NCBI GenBank assembly: GCA_965218295.1
Contig: CBDCKN010000015.1
Coordinates: 416,001-480,000 of the forward strand
Direction: 5' to 3'
DNA from: Longimicrobiales bacterium
GTDB lineage: Bacteria; Gemmatimonadota; Gemmatimonadetes; Longimicrobiales; Gaopeijiaceae
DNA length: 64,000 bases
The translations under genes were made by a program, and so were the position numbers. The number at the start of each line of letters is the position of its first letter. Within the stretch, counting starts at the first letter, position 1. The notes below the pieces were generated by a model. That model searched no databases and was not told where the DNA came from. It saw only the letters and a list, made by a program, of their open reading frames with translations. Positions 51,541-60,873 of the stretch are shown piece by piece.

Positions 51541-51690
51541 ATGGCACGCACGAAACGAAGCCGGCACACGGAACCGGGTACGGGTGTTTCCCGATCCCAA
51601 GACCGGCCTGCTCCAGATCGAGTGGCGCGAGAACGGGCGCAGGCTGAGCAAATCGCTCAAGCACCGCGACTGGGCACGGGCGAAGAGCCG
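51541..51690 (+). pseudogene. Frameshifted N-terminal fragment, probably of an integrase
   Basis: GAGGAGG RBS, MARTKRSR, then in another frame RNRVRVFPDPKTGLLQIEWRENGRRLSKSLKHRDWARAK, then truncated. Confidence 0.45.
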
Positions 51691-51742
51691 GACGCTGTAC
51701 GAGTGTCGGAGGAGTTGGCCGCGGCATGACTGGGCTCGACCG

Positions 51743-51962
51743 TGTCAAGCCCCTCAGCTCTGTCCAAGCCCCTCAGCTCTGTCAAAGATGCTATGCCCTT
51801 CATTGCGCTTCTCCAGACACAGGTGTAAGCTCCTCCTGATTCTCTGTCGCCCACTCGTCCTGATTCTCTGTCGCCCACTCGTCGACCAGCTCCGGTGGGG
51901 GGCAGGCCCACTCGTCCTGATTCTCTGTCGCCCACTCGTCGACCAGCTCCGGTGGGGGCAGG
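51743..51962. repeat. Cluster of short direct repeats (18-bp unit x2; 24-bp unit x3 within a ~57-bp duplication)
   Basis: aagcccctcagctctgtc occurs twice. tcctgattctctgtcgcccactcg occurs at 51834, 51858 and 51915. Confidence 0.85.
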
Positions 51963-52007
51963 GGTAACCGCTCGATGCTTCGCCGGGAATGCGAAAGGAC
52001 CGCCACC

Positions 52008-53303
52008 ATGAATCGAGCACTGTCAGCCTTGGCCGTGACGCTTCTTCTTCTCCGGCCCTCGGTGGCCCTCACCGCGCAAGACTCGAATGGCTGGGTGCCC
52101 ACGGGATGGGAGATCTCCCCCTACATCGGCCTCTTCGACGACGTGCCGGAATTCCATCCGGGCAGCAGCAGCTCCATCTTCGTCGACCCCGCCCGGAACA
52201 TCACGGGCGGCGGGCATGTCGCCTACAACTTCGCCTCCGGCTTGTTCGCCGACTTCGAGGGCGGGTACATGCCGTTCGACATGAGGATCCCGACGAGAGG
52301 CACGGTGGACTTGGACCTGGCGTACTTCAGCGGAGGCGTGGGATACAACCTACCCCTGAGCGGCCGGCTTCAAGCCTACGGAGTGGTCGGCCTCGGAGCT
52401 GCGCACTGGAGGCCTGGAGAACTCGACCCCGAGACGGACCTCAGCCTTGTGTACGGCGGCGGGGTGCGACTCCGCGTGGTGCCTCGCCTTGCCCTGCGGG
52501 TCGAGGCGCGCATGCACCAGACCCCCGACGCACTGGCGAATACGGCTGCCGAACTGGCCGGCTCCGCAGCCCCGTCGGAGACCTTTCGGGGTTGGGGGCT
52601 CTCGCTCGGTGCCTCGTACTTCCTCGGAGGAGAGTCGCAGCGAGACGGGGACGGAGATGGTGTGCTTGATGGCCTGGACGCGTGTCCGGAAACACCCATG
52701 GGTGCTGGTGTGGACGAACGGGGGTGTGCGCTCGACTCCGATGGGGACGGGGTGGCCGACCACGCAGATCAATGTCCCGGAACGCCGGCCGGCGCCGAAG
52801 TGGACGAGAACGGCTGTCCGACGGATGCGGACGGCGACGGCGTCGTCGATGGTCTCGACCGCTGCCCGAACACACCCTCCGGCGCCGAGGTGGATGCGGC
52901 CGGATGCCCTGTTGTGGTCGAGCCGGAGCCGGAGCCGGAGCCCGAGCCGGAGCCCGAGCTCATCTTTGGAAACGTCCACTTCGCGCACGATTCCGCGGAG
53001 CTCGACGCCGCAGCGAGTTCAATCTTGGACGAGTCCGGAAACGCGCTGTCGGACCGTCCGAACGAGCGCGTCCGCGTCGTCGGCCATGCCGACTCCGTAG
53101 GCCTGGAGGACTACAACCTCGTACTGAGCCTGCGTCGCGCGCAGGCGGTGCGAGACTACCTCGCAGGCAACTTCCCGGCGCTCGACGCGGATCGCTTCCG
53201 GATTGCCGGTGCGGGTGAATCTCAACCCGTAGCCGACAACACCACGGAAGACGGACGGCGCCAGAACCGCAGGGTCGAGATCCTGCCCGCGGGTACGCGA
53301 TAA
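52008..53303 (+). CDS. OmpA/OprF-family outer membrane protein with thrombospondin type-3 Ca-binding repeats
   Basis: Signal peptide, beta-barrel, three DxDGDGVxDxxDxCP repeats, (EP)n linker, GHAD...NLVLSLRRA...NRRVE. Confidence 0.93.
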   Translation: MNRALSALAVTLLLLRPSVALTAQDSNGWVPTGWEISPYIGLFDDVPEFHPGSSSSIFVDPARNITGGGHVAYNFASGLFADFEGGYMPFDMRIPTRGTVDLDLAYFSGGVGYNLPLSGRLQAYGVVGLGAAHWRPGELDPETDLSLVYGGGVRLRVVPRLALRVEARMHQTPDALANTAAELAGSAAPSETFRGWGLSLGASYFLGGESQRDGDGDGVLDGLDACPETPMGAGVDERGCALDSDGDGVADHADQCPGTPAGAEVDENGCPTDADGDGVVDGLDRCPNTPSGAEVDAAGCPVVVEPEPEPEPEPEPELIFGNVHFAHDSAELDAAASSILDESGNALSDRPNERVRVVGHADSVGLEDYNLVLSLRRAQAVRDYLAGNFPALDADRFRIAGAGESQPVADNTTEDGRRQNRRVEILPAGTR

Positions 53304-53330
53304 GGATTCCGACCGGAGAACACGGAGAAC

Positions 53331-53368
53331 CGCCCCGGGCGGGGACAGTCGCCTCCCCGCCCGGGGCG
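53331..53368 (+). terminator. GC-rich hairpin after the OmpA gene
   Basis: Perfect 15-bp stem CGCCCCGGGCGGGGA/TCCCCGCCCGGGGCG; weak U-tract. Confidence 0.55.
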
Positions 53369-53964
53369 TTGCCTTGAACTGCCCGTCGGACGAGCTTTCT
53401 CTTCCTCTGCAACTGACGGCGCGGAGTCCGCTAGAGGGTCCTTGAGGCAACAGTCTTCGGCCAGCTTGCTAGCCGGAACGCTGCTATGAGGGGGTATAGT
53501 GCGGCAGGCGGAGGCGGATCTGATCGGGTAAAACCGTCAATTGTTCAGCGAAGACACGCTGAATCTCGGGAGTACCCCTGCTCAGCGCTCTGCCTTGAGC
53601 CTTGCCATCGCCCTCTCGACGTCGGATAGTAAGTACAAGCACGCCAATCCCTAGCGAGTACTGACCTGACCCCCTGAAACGAGACCAGGTGCAATGTTAG
53701 GATCGACCTGGCACTGGACAAGCTGATCGTGGAGGAAGCGGCCAAGGGAAACTTCTGAGCCCCGAGCTGCTGACGGCTAATGGGCGCGGCGTTTCAACGG
53801 ACCGGACCAGCGGCCTCCCGGTTTCGACGCTCGCTGGCCAGATAGGCCGACCGGTCGTCCATGAGTCGGCCAAAGTGGTATCGCTTCGGTCGTAACCGAT
53901 GGAGTGGCAGGCATCTCGAACCCGGATCAAGGACCAGTTGTTTGGGGTCAGCACCGGTCCATTC

Positions 53965-54796
53965 GGATGTGTTGCAACTTTCAAAAATCAGCAAGAGAGC
54001 GACTGGTTGGGTCGACCAGGCTCCGTCTTATGCGGCCACTTCGAACAGCTTGTTGATGAACTGAATCTGTTGCCGAACATCCGAACCGCTCACCCACCTC
54101 GCCTGACCCTTCCGGATCATGTGAATTGCCTCATAATCCTTGGATCGTTCGCCGTGCCGCGTGAAATTCACGAAAGCCCTGCTTGGCCTTCACGCGTCGT
54201 TTGATCGCTCGCTGATCCTGCTCCAGGATGTTGTTCAAGTATTGGATCGGCCGGTGACGGCAACGGTGTCGCAGGATTCCTTCCTGCTTCACTCCTGAAA
54301 TTGCCGCGCCATAGAGGCGTGCTTGGTCCGTATAGATAACCCGGGGCTGCCGATGCGACGGATTCGTCAGCGCCTGGCGGAACAGGCGTTTGGCCGTAAC
54401 GGCATCGCGCAACCTCGAGAGCACGAAGTCGGTCGTGGCGCCGGTGGAATCGATGGCTCGGTAGAGGTAGCACCAACGGCCCTTGACACGAACGTAGGTC
54501 TCATCGACCCGCCAGGACCTGTTGGTTGGCTTGAGATGACGGCGCAGCCGCGCCTCCAGTTCGGGACCGTAGCGCTGGACCCGGCGCCAGATTGTCGTGT
54601 GGTCCGCCTCCAGGCCGCGCTCGCTGAACAGCTCTTCGACATCGCGGAACGAGAGCGAGTACCGAAGGTACCAGCGCACGGCGCAAAGAATCGGCTCGGG
54701 CTCGGTTTGTCGCCACTTGAAGATCGCCGGTCGGATTGTCTTTTTCATGATCTCTTCAGGTTACCAGCCGCTGTCCGCCAAAGTTGCAACACAACC
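53965..54796 (-). mobile_element. IS6-family element (transposase 54131-54748, C-terminus probably frameshifted)
   Basis: IRs GGATGTGTTGCAACTTT / GGTTGTGTTGCAACTTT. AVRWYLRYSLS, WRVDETYV, YLYRAID, YLNNILEQD. No TSD. Confidence 0.9.
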
Positions 54797-55127
54797 CTTC
54801 GAAGTGCAGTTCCGACTCCGTCGTCTTGCTGCCCTCAACTAAATCCATCGCTTTCAAGCTTGTACCACAGATCGAAAGGAGTTAAGTGTCAGGTGAGGAA
54901 TCCGTGGGAAAAGCCCGCATTAGAACCGAGCAGTGCAACGATCCGGACGACCGCCCTTGACATCGGTCAGCCGGTGGGTCATTCCCCGTAATCAAAATTG
55001 CGCGCTATGCGGCCTATCAGGAGGAGCTAGGATCAAAGGGTGTGTAAAAAGAGAGGCGACGTACCTTTCCGCTGAGTAATAACCAGCGAACTCCGGGTGA
55101 CAGCCCGGGGGAAAGGAACGACGCCTC

Positions 55128-56373
55128 GTGAGGAAGAATACGGTGGGACCCGAGGGTGAGTCCAGGACGCCCGTGTGGGAAGTTCTGGAAGAAGTGGTTC
55201 GGGAGAAGGCGCAGGAGTTCATTCAACAGATCTTGGAGGAGGAAGTCACGGAGTTGCTAGGGCGAGAGAAGTCAGAGCGCAGGAAGGGTGGTGGACGCGA
55301 CCGAGGGCTACCGCAACGGATACGGCAAGCCGAGGCGGTTGGCGATGAGCTCGGGCACGATCACACTCCGACGCCCTCGGGTTCGGGGCGTCGAGGAGCG
55401 GTTCGAGAGTCGGGTGCTGCCGTTGTTCGCGAGGCGGACGAAGGAGCTGGGCGCTCTGCTTCCGGAGCTGTATCTGCACGGACTGGCAGAGGGAGACTTC
55501 GAGCTGGCGATGCGGGGACTGCTAGGCGAGGGGGCACCGCTGTCGAAGTCTTCGATTCGGAGACTGCGGGCGGGATGGACGGCGGAGTTCGAGGAATGGA
55601 GCCAGCGTCGCCTGGAGGGCCGTGAGGTCGTCTACGTATGGGCGGACGGGATCTACGTGAAGGCAGGGCTCGAGCGGGACAAGGCGGCGCTACTGGTGGT
55701 GCTGGGCGCGATGCGAGACGGGACGAAGGAGGTGTTGGCCCTGAGATCGGGCTACCGAGAGTCGGTCGAGTCCTGGTCGGAGGTGTTGCGGGATCTGAAG
55801 GCACGCGGCATCGAGGCGCCCCGGCTTTTGATGGCGGACGGCAACGCGGCGATCTGGGGCGCAGTACGGCAGGTATGGCCTGAGGCGGGCGAGCAACGGT
55901 GCTGGAACCACAAGATGAGGAACGTGCTGGACCGACTACCTCAGCGGGAGCAGGGCGAGGCGAAGGATCTTCTCCGGGCCGTGGTCTACGCACCGAGCCG
56001 GGCCGAGGCCCTGAAGGCCCGCGAGGTGTTCGCCCGACGCTATAGGCCGTGGTATCCGAAAGCAGTGGACGTACTCGAGGACGACTGGGAGCGGATGGTA
56101 GCGTTCTACGACTTCCCCGAGGACCACTGGAAGCATCTACGCACGACGAACGTGGTCGAGAGCCCGTTCGCCGCGGTACGGCTCAGGACGACAGCAGCGA
56201 AGCGGTTCAAGCGGGTCGAGAGCGCTACGGCGCTAATCTGGAAGTTGCTCTTGGTGGCTGAGAAGCGGTTCCGAAGGCTCGACGCTCCTCACCTCCTCAA
56301 GGACGTATTTGAAGGAAGAAAGTTCGAAGACGGAAAGCCCGTCTCACACCAACAGCGGAAGAACGCCGCCTAA
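55128..56373 (+). pseudogene. IS256 transposase with +1 frameshift
   Basis: Extra A near 55284 (cgcaggaagggtg vs cgcaggagggtg in copies 1 and 2). Confidence 0.85.
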
Positions 56374-56472
56374 TACGTTTAGGGGATTATACGGTTAACT
56401 TGACGGCGTTCTGCTCGTTTTCTCGCCGGGGGGAGGCTGTTATGGGAGTTCTTCAGTGGCGCGTGTCTGCGC

Positions 56473-56760
56473 TCAGATTCCTTCGTCGTCTGACATGCCG
56501 ATGTAACTGCGGACAGCCTTGTCGAGTTCCCGCGCGATCCGGTAGGCCGCTGGGACGGAGACGTAGTAGGAAACGAAACCGGGGTCGCGATTTTCTTCGG
56601 GGTCATATCCAAAAGTCACACGAAGGATACCACTCCGGTTTCGTGTCTCTCCCGCCACCTCCACGCCTGTCAGATGAAGAACTCGCCGAGATGTTCGGGG
56701 ATCTGCCAACCCTTCTAAGGGATTCGAGTCAGGGTCGGGCACGGGGGGAAGATTTTGCAT
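56473..56760 (-). CDS. Hypothetical passenger protein (95 aa); a plus-strand ORF 56442-56762 overlaps it
   Basis: Globular-looking composition; starts 2 nt after the stop of 56763-57005. Confidence 0.45.
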   Translation of the reverse strand: MQNLPPVPDPDSNPLEGLADPRTSRRVLHLTGVEVAGETRNRSGILRVTFGYDPEENRDPGFVSYYVSVPAAYRIARELDKAVRSYIGMSDDEGI

Positions 56761-56762
56761 GA

Positions 56763-57005
56763 CTAGATTTCGTCGGTGGGTTCGGTGCCTAGGTAGTCTT
56801 CTCTTACGTCCGCCGGAAGCGTCAGGAACAACGCAACCGATTCCCGACCCTCCCCCTCACAGACGGAAAGGGAAACTAAAACTGCATTCGCGTGGGGGTC
56901 CGTATGAATGGCCCACCCTGACACCCGAAATGGACGCTCGGATGATCGAGATGGGTAATCGGCTTCGTCGTAAATTGCTGGAGGATGTGCGGGGACCCGA
57001 GGCAT
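56763..57005 (-). CDS. Hypothetical passenger protein (80 aa); a plus-strand ORF 56759-57007 overlaps it
   Basis: Weak SD sequence; coupled to the downstream ORF. Confidence 0.4.
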   Translation of the reverse strand: MPRVPAHPPAIYDEADYPSRSSERPFRVSGWAIHTDPHANAVLVSLSVCEGEGRESVALFLTLPADVREDYLGTEPTDEI

Positions 57006-57254
57006 GAGCTCAACCTACCCCGGATTGGCGCTTGCGACAATCTCTCGCCCGCCGTATCGTGCGGACGTCCACTATACGCAGGAACCTCAGGTCGGGTTAC
57101 CTGCTGAATACAACAGCCTGATGCTTGGCCGGGGTAGCTCCCCGCGCCTGGGGCAAATAGGCAGGGCTTCCGCATTTTTCCTGCGTGATAGTGGACAACG
57201 GCCCGGCGCCACGTCCGGGTCCCACGTCCACAGTCACGGCGGGAGGCCCCAGTC

Positions 57255-57689
57255 ATGATCCGCTTCGTTTTGATCCTTGCCCTGTTCGCCCCTTTGTTCC
57301 CCTTGCCCCTAAGCGCCCAGACACGCGCGGCGGAAGCCCTGACGAACATTCACGGCGGCGGGAACCGTACGGAGACCCGCCAGCGTTTCGAGTACGTCCT
57401 GCCACGGCTGGCACGAACGTGCTCGGACACCGAGACCGTGATGAACGTCGCCGATGGCTTGGTGTACATGAACGAGCTGATCCAGGAGGCCGGGCTCGGC
57501 ACGGAGGAGGGGGGTTTGCTCGGCTCCACGAACGCGGTCTACAGCCTGACGATGCAGGTTGGGTTGGGAGCTGAGGACGCCGTGACGTGTTCCAAACTTT
57601 GGTCCATGTACGTCACGCTCCGTCAGGGTGGCTTCGCCAAAGAGAAATCGATCAGCGACCTCCTGGCGATCGTAGAGCTCTTCCGCTGA
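57255..57689 (+). CDS. Secreted hypothetical passenger protein
   Basis: GGAGG RBS, signal peptide MIRFVLILALFAPLFPLPLSA, two Cys. Confidence 0.7.
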   Translation: MIRFVLILALFAPLFPLPLSAQTRAAEALTNIHGGGNRTETRQRFEYVLPRLARTCSDTETVMNVADGLVYMNELIQEAGLGTEEGGLLGSTNAVYSLTMQVGLGAEDAVTCSKLWSMYVTLRQGGFAKEKSISDLLAIVELFR

Positions 57690-57752
57690 TCCTTGACACG
57701 TGCAGCAATGCCTGGGTATGCTTGGGCAGGTCTTAAAATCGGGAGTGCACGA

Positions 57753-57914
57753 ATGACCGAGAAGCGGCGGGACAAGGTCGAAGTGCCGGACGTGCGGGCC
57801 GTGAATCCGCGCTACAAGGGCGCCAAGTTGAGCGACGTGGTGCGGGCGCTCATGCGCCCGAAGGACCCCAAGGTCCGGGAAGCTCTGGAACAGAGAGAAA
57901 AGAACACGAAATAG
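57753..57914 (+). CDS. Small basic hypothetical protein (53 aa)
   Basis: GGGAG RBS and a TTGACA-N18-TATGCT promoter (57693-57722). Confidence 0.6.
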   Translation: MTEKRRDKVEVPDVRAVNPRYKGAKLSDVVRALMRPKDPKVREALEQREKNTK

Positions 57915-57929
57915 GGGGGGAGGGGGGAG

Positions 57930-58002
57930 AGGCGCCGCCCAGAATCGAACCGGGACTTCACGCTTTGGCAGGGCGCGTGGCTTACCATTTGCCTACGGCG
58001 CC
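57930..58002 (-). tRNA. Non-canonical tRNA-like gene (GCC in a 9-nt loop, discriminator U)
   Basis: GGCGCCG-TA-GGC-AAATGGTAA-GCC-A-CGCGC-CCTGCCAAA-GCGTG-AAGT-CCCGG-TTCGATT-CTGGG-CGGCGCC-T. All four arms pair. Confidence 0.85.
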
Positions 58003-58086
58003 TGTTTCCTCCCCCTTCCTACCCTATAGAGGTTGGAGGCAACCCCCCCCCGCTATGTCAATAGCGGATGGTCTGACTGGACCACA

Positions 58087-58165
58087 CAAAATAAGTGCCC
58101 AGAACGGTTACCCCCCGCTCTGGGCACTCTCGCATTAGTGTAGCTGCGCGTTTCCGTAGGGTCAA
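58087..58165 (-). promoter_or_regulatory. Sigma70 promoter followed immediately by a terminator-like hairpin
   Basis: TTGACC (58165-58160)-N17-TACACT (58142-58137). Stem AGTGCCCAGA/TCTGGGCACT (58128-58094), then TATTTTG. Confidence 0.6.
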
Positions 58166-58189
58166 TCGTCGGGCCGAAGCCCGGCCCGG

Positions 58190-59128
58190 TCAATCCGCTA
58201 TCAGATCCTTGTACATGAGCCGACGCCCGACCAGCCCGGCGACCACGTGCTCCATTTGCTCCAGCGTGTCTAGTTCCCGGATGTTGTGGCGACCGGCGAA
58301 CTCGGCCACGTACCGATTGAGGTGCTTGGCCGATAGCTTGTGGTAGACGCCCTTGTGGGCGCGCTTGAGCATCGACCAGAAAGACTCGACCCCGTTCGTG
58401 TGGGCGATGTTCCGGACCCATTCCCCGACGCCATGCTGGACGCTCTCGCGGTTCGGTAGGCCATAGTAGGCGCCGCCCTCGTCCGTGTATATCTTGGCCC
58501 CGGGCTTCGAGTGTTCCGCGACGAATCCCTGAACGGTCTCGCGCCGTGAGTCGGGGAGAACCCGGGCAGCAACCTTGCCGGTCGGGCGGTCCTTCATTCC
58601 GACGACAGCCGTCTTGCCAGCGGGACCGCGTCCGACCCTGAGCTTCTTCAAGGCGTGCTTGTTCTTCTCCAGCCCGCCCATGTAGGTTTCGTCGACCTCG
58701 ACCGGGCCATCGAACGTGGCCGAAACATCGGCGAACGCTTCCCGGATGCGGTGGAGCATGAACCACGCAGTCGGCTGGCGGACATCAAGGTCGCGGCCGA
58801 GCTTCATGCTGGAAACGCCTTTGAGGTTCGTCATTTCCAGGTAGATCGCCCAGCCCCATTTCCGGAGCGGCAGCTTGCTATCCTCCATCGCCGTGCCGGT
58901 CTTGAGCGAGAAGTACTGGCGGCAATCGCGGCACCGGTAAGGCATCGGCTTCCCGGTCCCCACGCGGTAGGCGTTCAGGCTCCCGCACTTCATGCAGGCG
59001 ATCTCGCCCCCCGGCCAAAGCCAGGACTCGAACCAACGGGTCGCGCTTGCCTCGGCCGAGAACATATCGGCGATCTCCATCATGGAAACCCCGCTGCGGT
59101 AGTGCTTTCCAGGTCCGCTCTGGGCCAT
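58190..59128 (-). CDS. IS1595-family DDE transposase
   Basis: Zn ribbon CMKC/CRDC, HTH, VEVDETY, IYTDE, HTNGVESFWSMLKR, YVAEFAGRHN. Confidence 0.95.
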   Translation of the reverse strand: MAQSGPGKHYRSGVSMMEIADMFSAEASATRWFESWLWPGGEIACMKCGSLNAYRVGTGKPMPYRCRDCRQYFSLKTGTAMEDSKLPLRKWGWAIYLEMTNLKGVSSMKLGRDLDVRQPTAWFMLHRIREAFADVSATFDGPVEVDETYMGGLEKNKHALKKLRVGRGPAGKTAVVGMKDRPTGKVAARVLPDSRRETVQGFVAEHSKPGAKIYTDEGGAYYGLPNRESVQHGVGEWVRNIAHTNGVESFWSMLKRAHKGVYHKLSAKHLNRYVAEFAGRHNIRELDTLEQMEHVVAGLVGRRLMYKDLIAD

Positions 59129-59256
59129 GCTATCCTCCTATCGTGTAACGTGTTACCGTACTAGGAAGATAGTCTATCGTCAGGACCCCGTCAAGTCACG
59201 CGTATAATCCCCTACGTTTACACACCTATTGACCCAACCTCATCAGGAGAAGCACG

Positions 59257-60195
59257 ATGCAAGTCATCTTGGCACAACCGCGCGGTTTTTGCGCCGGTGT
59301 CGAGCGCGCCATCGAAATCGTCGAAACGGCCCTGCATCAATACGGCCCCCCGGTTTACGTGCGCCACGAAATCGTCCATAACCGGCGCGTCGTGGAGGAT
59401 CTGAAGGCGAAGGGCGTGCGTTTCGTCGACCAAGTCGAGCAGATTCCCAGCGGGGCCCTCACGGTATTCAGTGCCCACGGCGTGTCGGCAAAGGTCGAGC
59501 AGGACGCATCGGTGCGCTGCCTGCGGACGCTGGATGCTACTTGCCCGCTGGTCTCCAAGGTACACATCGAGGGGCGCCGCTACGCCGCCAAGGGCTACAC
59601 CATCATTCTGATCGGTCATGAAAACCATCCGGAGGTCGAGGGCACCGTGGGTCAGATCCCGGGGCGGGTACTGCTGGTGGGCGACGTGGCCGATGTGGAA
59701 ATGCTCCAGGTCCGCGACCCCGACAGAGTTGCCTATATCACACAGACGACTCTGTCGGTCGACGACACCCGGGACGTGATCTCAGCCCTGCGCAATCGAT
59801 TCCCCAAGATTGTCGGCCCGGGGGTCAAGGACATTTGCTACGCGACCCAGAACCGTCAGGCCGCCGTAAGAACGCTCGCCTCCTTCGTGGACCTGGTGTT
59901 CGTGGTCGGTGCCCAGAACAGCTCCAATTCAAACCGCTTGTGCGAGGTCAGTAACGACAGCGGCGTGCCGAGCTATCTGATCGAGGATCCGTCGGCGCTC
60001 GATCCGGTTTGGCTCCACGGCAAGAAGAGCGTCGGCATTACCGCCGGTGCCTCGACCCCCGAGGAACTGGTGCAGGACCTCATCGCGAAGATGCGGGAAT
60101 ACGTTGACGTCGAACTCTCGACGATGGATGGCATCGTCGAGAACGTTCGCTTCAGCCTGCTTCCAAAACTGAGCCAAGCCGCCGTTGCCCAATAG
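59257..60195 (+). CDS. ispH: 4-hydroxy-3-methylbut-2-enyl diphosphate reductase
   Basis: [54 protein letters not shown]. Confidence 0.97.
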   Translation: MQVILAQPRGFCAGVERAIEIVETALHQYGPPVYVRHEIVHNRRVVEDLKAKGVRFVDQVEQIPSGALTVFSAHGVSAKVEQDASVRCLRTLDATCPLVSKVHIEGRRYAAKGYTIILIGHENHPEVEGTVGQIPGRVLLVGDVADVEMLQVRDPDRVAYITQTTLSVDDTRDVISALRNRFPKIVGPGVKDICYATQNRQAAVRTLASFVDLVFVVGAQNSSNSNRLCEVSNDSGVPSYLIEDPSALDPVWLHGKKSVGITAGASTPEELVQDLIAKMREYVDVELSTMDGIVENVRFSLLPKLSQAAVAQ

Positions 60196-60237
60196 CGGGA
60201 AGGTGTCACACTGATTGCCACGACACCCGCGGCCGAG

Positions 60238-60457
60238 GAGATTGGGTCAATAGGTGTGTAAACGTATTAGGCGGCGTTCTTCCGCTGTTGGTGTGAGACG
60301 GGCTTTCCGTCTTCGAACTTTCTTCCTTCAAATACGTCCTTGAGGAGGTGAGGAGCGTCGAGCCTTCGGAACCGCTTCTCAGCCACCAAGAGCAACTTCC
60401 AGATTAGCGCCGTAGCGCTCTCGACCCGCTTTTTTACACACCCTTTGATCCTAGCTC
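60238..60457 (-). mobile_element. 220-bp non-autonomous IS256 derivative (MITE)
   Basis: Both IRs plus only the transposase 3' end. 8-bp TSD CGGCCGAG at 60230-60237 and 60458-60465. Confidence 0.93.
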
Positions 60458-60720
60458 CGGCCGAGATCTCGATACACTGGACCGCGACGGCAGGCGGTCA
60501 AAGAGTACCGGCCCACCGGCCTGGTAGCGCGTAGATGCTTGCGCACTTGAGCCGGAGCATGCGGATAGCGGCGCGGTCCCCGCCGAGACAGAAAGCGTTC
60601 GGCTTGACAGGGACCCTCAACCAGTCCACATACATGCCCACTGGCCACACACACCAAGCCACCAGGGGCGGCGTGTGGGAGTCTTAACACTGACGGGCAT
60701 GGTTCTGTTATCATCCGCGG

Positions 60721-60873
60721 ATGGAACTCGCCAAAGCTACCGCGCTTTCGCACCTGACCCGCGACGCTCTCCGCCGAATCTTCTTCGACAAGCTTGACGT
60801 GGTCTTCCTCGGATTCATCCTCTTCGCACTCATCCTCGGAGGCCGCCGTCATGCCAGGGCCTGTTACCGCTAA
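60721..60873 (+). pseudogene. Possible internally deleted IS5-family transposase remnant
   Basis: [21 protein letters not shown] resembles IS5-family transposase C-termini; the DDE core is absent. Confidence 0.4.

Larger units (their letters stand above)
56382..59212 (-). mobile_element. IS1595-family transposon with passenger genes (2831 bp)
   Basis: 25-bp IRs GGGGATTATACGGTTAACTTGACGG / GGGGATTATACGCGTGACTTGACGG. 8-bp AT-rich TSD TACGTTTA at 56374-56381 and 59213-59220. Confidence 0.95.
55024..59241 (+). mobile_element. IS256-family element, copy 3, containing a nested IS1595 element
   Basis: 8-bp TSD ATCAGGAG at 55016-55023 and 59242-59249. The right IR resumes after the nested insertion. 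Confidence 0.93.

Noticed and set aside
51834..51962. Possible CRISPR array
   Set aside because: The repeats are adjacent or separated by duplicated rather than unique sequence, and no cas genes are in the window.
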